Assembly: GCA_019057675.1 (NCBI GenBank)
Contig: JAHLWX010000002.1
Coordinates: 5,239-69,238 of the forward strand
DNA length: 64,000 bases
Reading direction: 5' to 3'
Source of the DNA: Candidatus Jordarchaeum sp. LHC_1308
GTDB taxonomy: Archaea; Asgardarchaeota; Jordiarchaeia; Jordiarchaeales; Freyrarchaeaceae
Shown here piece by piece: positions 29,826 to 39,846 of this stretch. The notes beneath the pieces were generated by a model that had not been told where the DNA came from, made no database searches, and saw nothing but the letters and a program-made list of their open reading frames with translations. The translations under genes and the position numbers were made by a program. The first letter of the stretch is position 1, and each line of letters starts with the position of its first letter.

Positions 29826-30626
29826 GTGCTACTGTTGTTCGTTTTCCAGTTTGTAGGTCTAGGCAGGCGCGCAGGCAAGACATCCACCATAGTGCAGCTA
29901 GTGAAGCTTTTCAGTAAGAAAGGGATAAGAGTTGGAGTGGTTAAGCATGGCCATAGCTATGACCCAGCCTTCGATTTGAGAAGCGGGGAGGATGCTAAGG
30001 ACACTGTAAGATTCGTCGAGGCAGGATCCGCGGTCGCAGTGGTGGTGACAGATGAGTTGACCGTGACCATCACAAACATCGAGAGCCTTGAAAGAGTTGT
30101 AGAAAATCTTTCAAACCAAGTAGACATAGCATTTCTGGAGGGATTTAAGGAAACGAAGTGTTACCCTCGGGTTATCGTGGCGGAGGCGACTAGTGATATC
30201 TCCCAGCTCCTAACCAGCACCACCATAGCAGTTACAGGGAAAGCGGCTGTGATGTGTTATGAGGAGCTTAAGCATCTTTATCCTTCACTTAACATTGCTA
30301 GGAGTGCTGAAGAGCTGGCTGAAACCCTTTACTCTTTCATGATTGAAAGTATTACGGAGAAAATTGGAGGTAAGAGTTGCGGTGTCTGTGGCCACCTCAA
30401 CTGTGAAGAGTTTATTAAAGCCTTAAGAACCGGGAAAGCTAGGCCAACAGCTTGCCCCCAGGTTTCCCCTAGAGTCTCGGTATACTTAGATGGGAAGCCT
30501 TTATCGTTAAATCCCTTCGTTCAATCTATAATCGAAAAAACTTTGCGTGGTATGCTGAGTTCTCTTAAAGGCGTTGGAAAACACAGGAGAACGGAGATCT
30601 TCATATCCTCTCCTCCGGAGGAATAA
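29826..30626 (+). CDS. mobB: MobB-like P-loop protein with C-terminal cysteine cluster
   Basis: P-loop GRRAGKTS and VVKHGHSYDPAFD as in MobB; C-terminal CGVCGHLNCEEF...C motif; true start probably downstream of 29826 (GTG/TTG). Confidence 0.6.
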   Translation: MLLLFVFQFVGLGRRAGKTSTIVQLVKLFSKKGIRVGVVKHGHSYDPAFDLRSGEDAKDTVRFVEAGSAVAVVVTDELTVTITNIESLERVVENLSNQVDIAFLEGFKETKCYPRVIVAEATSDISQLLTSTTIAVTGKAAVMCYEELKHLYPSLNIARSAEELAETLYSFMIESITEKIGGKSCGVCGHLNCEEFIKALRTGKARPTACPQVSPRVSVYLDGKPLSLNPFVQSIIEKTLRGMLSSLKGVGKHRRTEIFISSPPEE

Positions 30627-30703
30627 CGACAAACTTTGGGAACTGCGTTGAGAAGCAACATACTCTTAGCTAGCTAAGGGAGGAGGTTACCTATTTAGGA
30701 GGG

Positions 30704-31531
30704 GTGCTTCTGCGGTACGCTGTTAAGCTCGCCTACGTTGGCTCAAACTATTTTGGATTTCAGCGTCAGCCGTCGAAGCTCACCGTGGAGAGCGTCCTGC
30801 TAGAGGCGATGCGTAGAGCTGGAGTACTCTACAACCCTAAGGAAGCCAGATACTCTTCCGCTGGGAGAACCGACAGAGGCGTTCACGCTCTAAGTCAGGT
30901 TGTGGCGTTCAACTTGGACGCCCCCCTCTCCCTCCCAAGAATTAACGCCTTTCTCCCGAGGGATGTACGGTGCTGGGCTTATGCCCTTGTTAATGATGAT
31001 TTCAATCCGCGAAAAGATGCGATACTGAGAACGTACAAATATTATGTTGTTTGGAGAGGGGAAGAGCTAGACCGCATGAGGGAAGCCGCATCATTACTTG
31101 TCGGGACACACGACTTCAGAAATTTCTGCAAGCCTCGCAGTGGTGAGTCGACCATTAGGACATTAAGCCAAGTTGACATCGAAGCACAAGGCGAAATATT
31201 GTGCTTTACTTTCTCGGCCAAGAGCTTTCTTTGGGGTATGGTGAGAAAAATTGTTTCCGCCTTACTCATGGTTGGGACTGGATTAAAGGACGTCGACTTC
31301 GTCTCTTCGCTTCTTAATCCTGAGTTTAATCCAAGGGAAGGAATTAGGCCGGCTGATCCAAGGGGACTTGTACTTTACGACATAAAGTATCCCTTTAGAT
31401 TTAAAGTATGCGAGAAAAGTAGAAGGTCTTTCCTAAACTATTTAACTGAAGAGCTTCACGCTACTATTACTCTTTCATCGGTTTACCATGCATTGATAGA
31501 TAGTATAACGGTTAACTCAAAATTTTCTTGA
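30704..31531 (+). CDS. truA: tRNA pseudouridine synthase TruA (Pus1-like)
   Basis: 275 aa; catalytic motif RTDRGVHA. Confidence 0.85.
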   Translation: MLLRYAVKLAYVGSNYFGFQRQPSKLTVESVLLEAMRRAGVLYNPKEARYSSAGRTDRGVHALSQVVAFNLDAPLSLPRINAFLPRDVRCWAYALVNDDFNPRKDAILRTYKYYVVWRGEELDRMREAASLLVGTHDFRNFCKPRSGESTIRTLSQVDIEAQGEILCFTFSAKSFLWGMVRKIVSALLMVGTGLKDVDFVSSLLNPEFNPREGIRPADPRGLVLYDIKYPFRFKVCEKSRRSFLNYLTEELHATITLSSVYHALIDSITVNSKFS

Positions 31532-32777
31532 CTTTCTCAGCGACTTCCTTAGAGATAAGCCCTCCAACAACCTCTGGCTCGATGTCAAACAATTTAACCA
31601 GATTTGCCCCCGCCTCCGGGTTAGCCTCGATGATGAATTTAATGTAAGGAAGATACGACGTAAACGCCTCTCTAGAGGAGACATGACACTTCTTACCTAT
31701 TTTGCTGGCTATGCTTCCTATAGCGTTTCTTCTAGCTTTAGCAGCACTCATCATTTTCACCCAGCTTGGAAACTGGTACTTTGGTACGCCTCCTCCGCTC
31801 GTTTTTCTTGAAAGTGAAACTCCTGCGGACATCAAAGTGAAAACATACGAGAGCAACCCCCAATGTTGTCTCTTCCTTATTCTTCCAAGAAACACGTCCG
31901 CCCTAGAGAGAGCGTTATAGGCGTCTGCTAGCTCCTTAGGATATTGCATGTGTTGCCATGCGTTTTCACATATCCATTGCATAAGCAACTCGTAATCCAC
32001 GTCGGATGAAGATGCCGCCATAACTATTTTTTGCGCGTCCTTACCGTAAAATATGGCTTTAAGTATATCAAACACGTTCCTTTCTTGGTCCCTTAATGAA
32101 AGAATACGCAAGTCATCCATAGTTATACGCTCTCTTCCCTCAGCCACCATCTGAAGATCATTTATGGCAGCTCTCAAGTCTCCTCTAGCGTTTTCAGCTA
32201 TTCCTCTGAGGGCTGCGGGATCGGCTTGCACCCCTTCCCTTTCACATATCCTAGCCAGAATACTGGATATAACGTTCGACCTTATCCTATTGAACCTCAC
32301 AAGTTCACAGTACTCTCTTACGGAGGCAAGCTTAGGATCCCAAGGATCATTGGCAACTAAGATAACTGGGTGAACAGTATTTTTCAGGATCTCCACAAGC
32401 CCACTTATACCGCCTTTATCCTCGCTCCCGCTTATCCCGTCAACCTCATCAACTAGAATAACCCTCTTTCTCCCCATTATGAGAGAAGAAAGAGAGGATG
32501 CTGTACCCACCGTCTTCCGAATTTCATCTAAGCTTCTCTTGTCACTTGCGTTAACCTCCACCAGGTCATATTCCAGCTCTTTAGCCGCAGCGTAGACTGA
32601 AGCAGTCTTACCCACACCGGCAGGACCCCAGAGAAGGAGCGCCCTAGGCTTTTGATCTGGACGCCAATTCGAAATAAACTCGGCAACTCTCTCCGCAGCC
32701 TTCCTGTTCTCGACTATCTCACTCACCTTTCTTGGGGCATATTTCTCCGCCCAAAGCATCCTAGACAATTTTTTCAC
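31512..32777 (-). CDS. rfcL: Replication factor C large subunit
   Basis: 421 aa; AAA+ Walker [13 protein letters not shown] box, C-terminal PCNA-interacting tail; overlaps the rfcS start by 4 nt. Confidence 0.85.
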   Translation of the reverse strand: MKKLSRMLWAEKYAPRKVSEIVENRKAAERVAEFISNWRPDQKPRALLLWGPAGVGKTASVYAAAKELEYDLVEVNASDKRSLDEIRKTVGTASSLSSLIMGRKRVILVDEVDGISGSEDKGGISGLVEILKNTVHPVILVANDPWDPKLASVREYCELVRFNRIRSNVISSILARICEREGVQADPAALRGIAENARGDLRAAINDLQMVAEGRERITMDDLRILSLRDQERNVFDILKAIFYGKDAQKIVMAASSSDVDYELLMQWICENAWQHMQYPKELADAYNALSRADVFLGRIRKRQHWGLLSYVFTLMSAGVSLSRKTSGGGVPKYQFPSWVKMMSAAKARRNAIGSIASKIGKKCHVSSREAFTSYLPYIKFIIEANPEAGANLVKLFDIEPEVVGGLISKEVAEKVKKILS

Positions 32778-33763
32778 CCACCGATCTGCGAACCTACGTA
32801 AGCGAATTTTGCAAGAAGAGCGCTGAGCTGAATCTCCTCGTCAGCCCCCTCACTCATCCTGAAATCTATTTCTCCAACAATGTCCGCTAGCTGAGCCTTC
32901 CACCCCTCAGGAATATCAAGGTTAAAAAGCTCCCTATGTATCTGTCTGACGACGTCTATTCCTGAGAGCCCATATGTTACTAAAAGATCATGGAGCATTT
33001 TCCTTGCCTTTACAAAGTCTCCCTTAAGCGCTAGCCCGATCATCTCGCGTACCTCCTCCGGCCTCGCCTTGCCGGTAACCATGAAGACAGAGTCTGCTGT
33101 GATGGGACCGCCTATTGCTGCAGCCGCTTGAAGCGTGTTTACTGCACGCCGTAAGTCTCCCTCGCTCACGTAAAGGATCGCCTCTATACCACTGTCATCT
33201 AGCTCTACACTCTCTCTCCCAGCTATGTAGAGAAGGCGTTTTGCCACGTCCTCCCTACTTAGAGGAGAAAACCTGAAGAGTGCGCATCTTGACTGGATTG
33301 GCTCGATTATTTTGCTGGAATAGTTGACTATAAGAATGAACCTACACGTCCTAGTGAAGCGTTCCATCGTTCTCCTCAGAGCTTGCTGTGCCTCTTGGGT
33401 AAGTGCATCAGCTTCATCCAGCACTAGGATCTTAAATGGTACTTCGCCAAGCGGCATAGTCCTAGCAAAGTCCTTAACGACGCCTCTGATCACATCGATG
33501 CCCCTAGCATCGCTTGCATTGAGTTCTAAAAAGTTTCCTTGAAAATATTCCCCGAAAAGGTCATGGGCTAAGCAAAGAGCCGCCGTGGTTTTGCCAGTTC
33601 CCGGCGGCCCTGAAAAAAGGCAGTGCGGCATATCCTTTTTCTCAACGAACGTCCGAAGCCTAGAGACGATTTCTGCTTGATTCACAATATCGTTTAGAGT
33701 TCTAGGCCTATACTTTTCAGTCCACATTAATGTTTCCTCGCTCGCCAAGCGCCTACCCCCCAA
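32774..33763 (-). CDS. rfcS: Replication factor C small subunit
   Basis: 329 aa; [17 protein letters not shown] motif. Confidence 0.95.
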   Translation of the reverse strand: MGGRRLASEETLMWTEKYRPRTLNDIVNQAEIVSRLRTFVEKKDMPHCLFSGPPGTGKTTAALCLAHDLFGEYFQGNFLELNASDARGIDVIRGVVKDFARTMPLGEVPFKILVLDEADALTQEAQQALRRTMERFTRTCRFILIVNYSSKIIEPIQSRCALFRFSPLSREDVAKRLLYIAGRESVELDDSGIEAILYVSEGDLRRAVNTLQAAAAIGGPITADSVFMVTGKARPEEVREMIGLALKGDFVKARKMLHDLLVTYGLSGIDVVRQIHRELFNLDIPEGWKAQLADIVGEIDFRMSEGADEEIQLSALLAKFAYVGSQIGG

Positions 33764-33824
33764 TCGCTAAGCAAACATACCCCGCCATCCCCAATTTAAA
33801 TTATTTACAAGAAGAAAAATGTTT

Positions 33825-34838
33825 TCACATAAAAAATCCGTCGATCCTTGTTTTGTCCCCGTATGATGACACCTCTTCATTACTTTGAAGAAATCTAATT
33901 ATGCTCTCCGCCTCCTCAAGCCGCCCTTTGATTCCTCCGTCTGTTTTCGACTCGCAAAGCAGAATGACCTTTCCAAGGTAGTTTTGTTCCCGCAAAACCG
34001 ACAGGAAAAACGTCCAAGGGACTCCTCCCATCATGAGAGGAGCATGCTTTTTCTCCCCCCTTTTCGTGGCAACCACTCCTGAAATATGGATCGGCACTCT
34101 GTGTCCTTTCATCTGTATGTGGTCGTCCAGAAGCTCCAAGCGCCTTAATATGCCCTCCTTCATGGTTATAAGTCCACCACGGGCATAGTCGTGGGCTATG
34201 TCCCAACATATAAGACACCCGACTTCCCCTGCAACTCTTACTATTGTCTCGAAGCCAGCAAAACTCCCCTTCTTACCCGCGACTTCTGGGGCAGGCATAG
34301 TCACATATCCCTGCTCTTCCCTTACCTTCATAATCTCTTTCAGGAAGTCCTTCACATTACTTTCAGCGTCTTTTCTTGTCGGGCCACAGTGAAAAGTCAA
34401 ATGGTTTGCCAGTAATACTTTACCGAGCTTAAAATTCATGGTGAAGTGGGCTTTAGCCAGCCTCCTAGTTTTAGAACTAGACGATGAAATAACAAGCGTG
34501 TATGGTGCATGAATCCCAATAGTCGTCCCCTCAAAGATCACTTTAGCCTCCTCGGCCTGAGCTAAGGAAGGATACATCAAACCTTGGCTTTTAGAGTTAA
34601 CATAAAGCCTACACTTTGAAAAAGAAAGCTCAATAGCATTCAGCCCCCTCCCTCTCAAACCACTAGCAACTTTTTCCAATGTCTCCCTATCAGTAAACCT
34701 TGTGAAGGGAAAACCAGCAAATCCAGCCGCAACATTCAACACCCAAAACGCCTCCACATAAATAAAGACACCAATTACAGATAAAAATCGTCTTGCGAGC
34801 GGAAAAAATTGATGGGGAAACTTTTTAACCTTCGCCAT
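33825..34838 (-). CDS. nfo: Endonuclease IV-like (AP endonuclease family 2, xylose-isomerase TIM barrel)
   Basis: HAPYTLVIS and CWDIAHDYARG resemble Endo IV metal-ligand motifs (HAPYLINL / ClDTCH); N-terminal extent uncertain. Confidence 0.6.
   Translation of the reverse strand: MAKVKKFPHQFFPLARRFLSVIGVFIYVEAFWVLNVAAGFAGFPFTRFTDRETLEKVASGLRGRGLNAIELSFSKCRLYVNSKSQGLMYPSLAQAEEAKVIFEGTTIGIHAPYTLVISSSSSKTRRLAKAHFTMNFKLGKVLLANHLTFHCGPTRKDAESNVKDFLKEIMKVREEQGYVTMPAPEVAGKKGSFAGFETIVRVAGEVGCLICWDIAHDYARGGLITMKEGILRRLELLDDHIQMKGHRVPIHISGVVATKRGEKKHAPLMMGGVPWTFFLSVLREQNYLGKVILLCESKTDGGIKGRLEEAESIIRFLQSNEEVSSYGDKTRIDGFFM
34822..34832 (+). promoter_or_regulatory. TATA/BRE-like element about 25 nt upstream of the putative SRP RNA 5' end
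   Basis: aaactttttaacc followed ~25 nt later by the GGGUGGUGG 5' end. Confidence 0.3.
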
Positions 34839-34852
34839 CTATAATAATTTAC

Positions 34853-35210
34853 GGGTGGTGGTGTAGGCGGGCGGCTAGGGGTCGCCTGATGGGGAAGCAT
34901 TGCTTCCCTTGACCGCAAACCCTCTTATGGCGGGCCGAAAGCCGGCGTGAGGCGTTCGTCAACCGTCACATCCCCTTCACGTTAAGGCGATGAAAACTCG
35001 TCCCAGAGGGCTAGCGGCGTCCGTCCGTCCTCCGTAGGGAGGACATGTTCGGTCTCTACTAGGGGAAACTGGCCAGGCCCGGGAGAGCTTGTCACGGCCC
35101 CGATGGAGCAACCTAACCCTAGACGCGTGGCGCTTCTGGGGAAGCGGGTTTGAGACCAAATGTGAAGGGTGTGGCGGGAGAGGTCGTCGATCGCCGGGAC
35201 CACCACCCGC
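34853..35210 (+). ncRNA. ffs: Signal recognition particle 7S RNA (probable)
   Basis: ~358-nt GC-rich (~62%) non-coding island; 5' GGGUGGUGG pairs with 3' CCACCACCC; contains helix-8-like CCAGGCCCGGGAGAGC and GGAGCAAC motifs; followed by a T5 terminator; no RNase P P4 consensus. Confidence 0.5.
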
Positions 35211-35213
35211 TTT

Positions 35214-36149
35214 TTACAATTTATTTATAACTTCTTCTAGCAACTGGCAGACCTTACACTTTTCGCCTGAGGCTGGTTGCCCGCATTTGACGCAAGTTGC
35301 GATTTTTATCTCTTCTTCTGAGATCAAATTAACGAGCTTTTCATGAACCCTGACAATGTCGTACTTGGTTCCTGGCCTTCGCGTTTCCATCATGTTAATA
35401 AATGCTCTTACATCATCTCTGTAGGCCTCCGTGTGGTAAGGACATGGTGTTTCATGGTAGTTTATCCGGTTAAAGTAAGCGTAAAGAACTATTTCCTCTT
35501 CTGGAATCTCCCTTAAAGGCTTCACTCGTGGAACAAATCCCTCCACATTTTTCCGGGTCGGCCTGTTTCTCAAGAATCGAATCAAATCTCCCTTAAGGAT
35601 GTTCATGAGTATAGTTTGCGCTTCGTCATCTAGGTTATGCGCCGTTGCCACAACGTCCGCACCAGCTTCAACAGCTAGAGTGTTTATGGCTCTCCTTCTT
35701 AGGACGCCGCAGTATGTGCATGCACCAAGTCTCCTCTCGCCTAAAGTATTACTCGCGACGCGGATTATCTCGTCTAGCGTCATCCCAAACAGTTCCTTAA
35801 ATGAATTCTTTAACCAAGGAACTTGAAGACGCCTAACAGTTTCTTTCACTATTCCTAGAGACTCATTCCTGTATCCTTCTATTCCTTCGTCCACGGTTAT
35901 TGCTATGAGCTCACTTTTCGGGAATCGCTTCTCGAGCTTGGCGAGAACGTGGAGAAGGACTGTGCTGTCCTTTCCCCCTGAGACAGCAACAGCTATTCTG
36001 CTGTCGGGCTGAAGCATTTTGTAGCGTGAGATTGTTCTCCTAATTTTGTTCTCAACCGACTCCGTAAAACAACTTCTGCAAAGCATTTCCCCAGAATAAG
36101 GTCGGTAGACCGCTGCCTCACGTCCACACCGCATACACTTGCTTCTCAT
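35214..36149 (-). CDS. tRNA 2-thiolation protein TtuA/NcsA family (PP-loop ATPase with Zn fingers)
   Basis: 311 aa; N- and C-terminal CxxC pairs, PP-loop SGGKDS. Confidence 0.8.
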   Translation of the reverse strand: MRSKCMRCGREAAVYRPYSGEMLCRSCFTESVENKIRRTISRYKMLQPDSRIAVAVSGGKDSTVLLHVLAKLEKRFPKSELIAITVDEGIEGYRNESLGIVKETVRRLQVPWLKNSFKELFGMTLDEIIRVASNTLGERRLGACTYCGVLRRRAINTLAVEAGADVVATAHNLDDEAQTILMNILKGDLIRFLRNRPTRKNVEGFVPRVKPLREIPEEEIVLYAYFNRINYHETPCPYHTEAYRDDVRAFINMMETRRPGTKYDIVRVHEKLVNLISEEEIKIATCVKCGQPASGEKCKVCQLLEEVINKL

Positions 36150-36179
36150 TTTACATCATTCCCGGAAAGCAGTCTACGC

Positions 36180-37379
36180 TTAGAGAGGAGTAAAACCTGA
36201 TACCAGGATGGGGACTATGAAGTTTAGAGCGAGAAAACACACAGTTATGGTTCTCGCTACGTTTAAAATGAGCTTTCTTGTTGAAATTTCTTTTCCGAGT
36301 ACCGGCGTTTTCTTTTTCTCAGCCACGAGAACGTTCACTATTTCTTGGAATATCTTATCTCCGTCGAATGCGGGAATAGGCATCATATTCACTATGGAAA
36401 CGCTAAATGAAACTATAAACACCCATTGAAGTACCATGTATAAGTGGTTTGGAAACATGTATCCCAGCCACCAAGAACTTGGATAAGGTAAGTAGAATGG
36501 TTGCGGATACAGGATCCCTATGTATCCCTTATAAGGAGCTCTGGGATTCATTCCTGCGATAACCGTCACTTCCCCCATGCTCGTCGTAAGTCTAAGCGTG
36601 TCGAAGGGCTTAACATTAAGGAGGTATAAATCTAAAATCGTCGGTGACCATATTGGAGTTCCATTTATGGCGAATAGCACCGTCGAGGGGGCAAGCTCCC
36701 CATAAGCAAAGGACTGTGAATCGACATTCGTTACAACGACGCCGACGGAGGGACCATACCCGGGTGAGATCACCGCTTGGAAGTTAGCTATGAGCAAGAG
36801 GACTAGCAAGGCTGTGGCTATGTTCGTAGCGGAGCCGGAGCTCAGTATCCTGAGCTTGGATCGGGTGCGCTTTTTCTTCATGGCCTCGTCGTCTATTTCA
36901 ACGAAGCCCCCTGGCAGAAGTAGAAGTAAAAGAACCCCTGACGACTTTATGGGTATTTCTTCTGCCCTAGCCGCTATACCATGAGCCATTTCGTGAAATA
37001 CAAGCGTTACGACTACTCCCACCAAGGCATAAATGAAACTGAACCAAGTAATTGTTACTCCCGGTATTAGAGGAACTATAGGTGATGACTGCTGAGGATG
37101 GAAGAATGCGTTCATCAAATTCAATGATAACAAGTATATCCCATAACCTAAAGCAGAGTAACTTAAGGGGATGGAGACATCTCCCAATATGTGCCACGCT
37201 CGGGGGAACTTAAGCGCAGTATTCGAAAGGAAATTATTCAGCTTCGTGGTCTTCCAGATAAGGAAGAAAGGAAGGACGTCTAAGCCGTACCTTTTAAGGT
37301 TAAAAATTTTATCCATGATCATTAATCCGCCCCAAAACATAAGTAGCGTTGCTAAAACAAGCTGCCACTCCGTGGGCAT
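36180..37379 (-). CDS. Site-2 protease family (M50) membrane metalloprotease with PDZ-like insert
   Basis: 399 aa; HEMAHG zinc motif within a TM helix, multiple TM segments. Confidence 0.7.
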   Translation of the reverse strand: MPTEWQLVLATLLMFWGGLMIMDKIFNLKRYGLDVLPFFLIWKTTKLNNFLSNTALKFPRAWHILGDVSIPLSYSALGYGIYLLSLNLMNAFFHPQQSSPIVPLIPGVTITWFSFIYALVGVVVTLVFHEMAHGIAARAEEIPIKSSGVLLLLLLPGGFVEIDDEAMKKKRTRSKLRILSSGSATNIATALLVLLLIANFQAVISPGYGPSVGVVVTNVDSQSFAYGELAPSTVLFAINGTPIWSPTILDLYLLNVKPFDTLRLTTSMGEVTVIAGMNPRAPYKGYIGILYPQPFYLPYPSSWWLGYMFPNHLYMVLQWVFIVSFSVSIVNMMPIPAFDGDKIFQEIVNVLVAEKKKTPVLGKEISTRKLILNVARTITVCFLALNFIVPILVSGFTPL

Positions 37380-37528
37380 GCACTTACCTCCTAGTTGCTT
37401 AAACTAAACGTGCTCCTTTTTTGAAGCTTCCTGTTCTGGGAACCTTTCTAGGAATTCTTTTTAGATAATCTTTAATTGTTCTTTAAGATAAAGATCTAAT
37501 TAGCTAAATTTCTTCTCGAGGTGCTTTT

Positions 37529-38014
37529 TTGTCAAACGAGAGAAAGTTTGAAATAGACGTTGAAGTGATAAAGACTCCGGCAGGTAATGTTCCAACAGCT
37601 AAGACAGTTGAGAGAATAATTGAAGGAATGAACGTTTTAAGTGAGGATTTGAGTTCTGTCTCTTCTTCATTATCTGAATCCCTAAAGCATATTACTACTG
37701 AGTTGAAAAGTATTAAAAAAATGATGTCAAAAACTACCGTTTCCTCTGAGGCAACCATGGAGGCCGTTAAGAGGCTGGAGAAGAAAATCAACCAGTTCTC
37801 TAAGGAAGAAGCTGAAAGGTGGAGGCGCCTCCAGCAAGTCCTCACACTAATAACGGAAGTCCTTAAAGTCATTCACAACGAGGTGAACGAGAAAAGCATC
37901 AGGACAACATCAAAAATAGACAAGCTACTATCCCTGCTAGCTCCCACTACACCTGCAAAAACAGTTCCAGCAAAGCTGGATAAACCAGCAAAGCCCCTCA
38001 AAAAGGTTACCTAA
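37529..38014 (+). CDS. Coiled-coil hypothetical protein (partner of 38011..38676)
   Basis: 161 aa; predicted all-helical with Ser/Thr-rich segments and a basic Pro/Lys tail; 4-nt convergent overlap with the next gene. Confidence 0.4.
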   Translation: MSNERKFEIDVEVIKTPAGNVPTAKTVERIIEGMNVLSEDLSSVSSSLSESLKHITTELKSIKKMMSKTTVSSEATMEAVKRLEKKINQFSKEEAERWRRLQQVLTLITEVLKVIHNEVNEKSIRTTSKIDKLLSLLAPTTPAKTVPAKLDKPAKPLKKVT

Positions 38015-38676
38015 CCACTTTTCCCGCCGAACAAATCCTCGTTAAGCCTCACCTCATCTCCATTCAACCTTACTATTCCCATCCTTTCCATTCTAGCCAA
38101 AACAAGTTTCACTTGTCCCTCAGAAACCCCCATCGTCTTAGACAAGTCTGTTACCTTGCATCGACCTATGCTTTTCAAAATGAAATACGGCTTATAATTG
38201 ATGTCGCCTTCTATTAGCTTCTCAAGCGAGCTTAAAAGCTCCTCCAGCCTCTTTCTCTCCTCCTCTAAACTGGAAACTTTCTTTCTCAAATATTCAACTT
38301 CCCCTCCAAGCTCTCCTATTCTTTCTTCCTTAGCAAGTATCTCTCCCTTTAACCTTGAGATTTCGGCTTGAAGCATTTCCTCACTAAGCCTCTTATCCTC
38401 CTCAAGACGCCTAAGCTTAAGCTTTTCCTCCTCAAGCATCATCTCCAACTTCTTTTTCTCACGGGAAGCCTCCTCCATGGAATCCAATACCTTCTCAAGC
38501 CGTTTAACTTCTCCCTCACGCTCTCTCCTAGCCGCATCAAACCTTGTTCTCCACTCTTCAACCTCTCTCTCAAGCTCCTCTATGCGCGCCTTCTGCCTCT
38601 TAATCTCCTCCCCCTGTTTTTCCAACTTAGCCTCCAAGATTCTTAGGGCCTCCATCCTTCCCTCAGGCTCCCCCAA
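38011..38676 (-). CDS. Coiled-coil protein with C-terminal winged-helix-like domain (paralog B)
   Basis: 221 aa; extreme E/K/R coiled-coil, then C-terminus YFILKSIGRCKVTDLSKTMGVSEGQVKLVLARMERMGIVRL...EVRLNE matching paralogs A and C. Confidence 0.5.
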   Translation of the reverse strand: MGEPEGRMEALRILEAKLEKQGEEIKRQKARIEELEREVEEWRTRFDAARREREGEVKRLEKVLDSMEEASREKKKLEMMLEEEKLKLRRLEEDKRLSEEMLQAEISRLKGEILAKEERIGELGGEVEYLRKKVSSLEEERKRLEELLSSLEKLIEGDINYKPYFILKSIGRCKVTDLSKTMGVSEGQVKLVLARMERMGIVRLNGDEVRLNEDLFGGKSG

Positions 38677-38821
38677 AGAAATTTCCCTCCAATAATCACT
38701 TGAAAGAGAAGATCAGGTTGTCATGAGCTCTTCATCGTTTCCTCGGACTGGGACGGCGCCATCATCTCTACACTCAAATGGACGAATGGGAGAATTTATA
38801 ATTATCGTTTTTAGCGGAAAG

Positions 38822-39160
38822 CTATGCCTTGAACCTTTCAGCTATTTCTCTGGCTTTCTTCAAGCTTCCTGTAACTTTTTTTACGTCAGTTAGGACGGGC
38901 GTGCCAGATACCTCTGAAATCATGCTTACCCCTGCATGTACTATGTCAACGGTTTTATGTGTACAGCGTAGTATGCCGAAACCTGACTGTTTATTGTACT
39001 CGATGAATCTCAGGTTCATGAGGCTAACCCCAACTTCACCGAAAAGTTTGAGCAGTGTGCTCCATAGACTTCGAGCTACATCTTCGTATTCGAGCTCTTG
39101 TTCGCTTATAACTTGGAAGATGATGTACCGTGCTCTGTCACTTAGCTTTGCTCCGACCAA
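38822..39160 (-). CDS. rnp2: RNase P protein subunit Pop5 (Rpp14)
   Basis: 112 aa; RYIIFQV...FG...G..R.I-style Pop5 pattern; adjacent to Rpp30. Confidence 0.7.
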   Translation of the reverse strand: MVGAKLSDRARYIIFQVISEQELEYEDVARSLWSTLLKLFGEVGVSLMNLRFIEYNKQSGFGILRCTHKTVDIVHAGVSMISEVSGTPVLTDVKKVTGSLKKAREIAERFKA

Positions 39161-39177
39161 ATATACGTCACTCCTCT

Positions 39178-39846
39178 CTAGGCTTCTTCTCTAACTCCTT
39201 CGTAGCCTCTCCATTCTAATATAATTGAAGGATAGAAGGAGATTGCTCTTACTGCTGCTTCTCTAGGAATTCCAAGGAGACGCGCTACAGCTATGAGGCT
39301 TCTAGGAGAACGCAGTTCATATTCTGTCTTAGGCTCTCTGGTTATGAAAAAAACGGCTCCTTTTTCCAGCAAAACTGTGACAGCTTTTCTGAGCGTTGAG
39401 AATGCTTGTACACGTTTTGCTCCTTCCTTTTCGAAGAGGGGGGATAGCGAGAGCTCGACAGCTGTCCTTCCCTCATAGGAAAGTTTGACAAGAGAATTAT
39501 CTAAGTACTTGTAATGTTCGAGGGATGGAAAGTAAATGATGTCCACATCAGGATTTCGGGCAGCCCACGTGGCCACCTCCCTGTTCATGCATGGAACAGC
39601 CACCAGATCCGCTTTTTTCCTTTCTTCGCTTAGTCTTTTCTTTATCTGAGATAAATTTTCCCCTTCAAGATCCCTTCTCGAGAATACTTCAATCCCTTCG
39701 GCTTTTTCTCCCCCGTTTGTTGCGAAAAGAACGCTAAATCCCAACTTGCTCGCGAGCTCAAGGAACCTTTGCTTGGAGGACACTGAGCTGAAGTGCACGT
39801 GTGTTTCAGCGAATCTCAGTCTACTATTAGGTTGTGCCTCCTGCAT
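39178..39846 (-). CDS. rnp3: RNase P protein subunit Rpp30
   Basis: 222 aa; PHP-like TIM-barrel pattern of Rpp30 (ETHVHFS ... DLVAVPC ... DVDIIYFP). Confidence 0.7.
   Translation of the reverse strand: MQEAQPNSRLRFAETHVHFSSVSSKQRFLELASKLGFSVLFATNGGEKAEGIEVFSRRDLEGENLSQIKKRLSEERKKADLVAVPCMNREVATWAARNPDVDIIYFPSLEHYKYLDNSLVKLSYEGRTAVELSLSPLFEKEGAKRVQAFSTLRKAVTVLLEKGAVFFITREPKTEYELRSPRSLIAVARLLGIPREAAVRAISFYPSIILEWRGYEGVREEA

Noticed and set aside
33855-33905. C-box-like GUAUGAUGA motif near the 3' end of the endonuclease IV-like gene
   Set aside because: It lies inside a coding region and there is no D box at appropriate spacing.
34853-35210. Alternative assignment of the GC-rich RNA as RNase P RNA
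   Set aside because: No P4-type GGAAAGUCC / ACAGAA...GGCUUA consensus is found. The helix-8-like GGAGCAAC and CCAGGCCCGG motifs favour SRP RNA.
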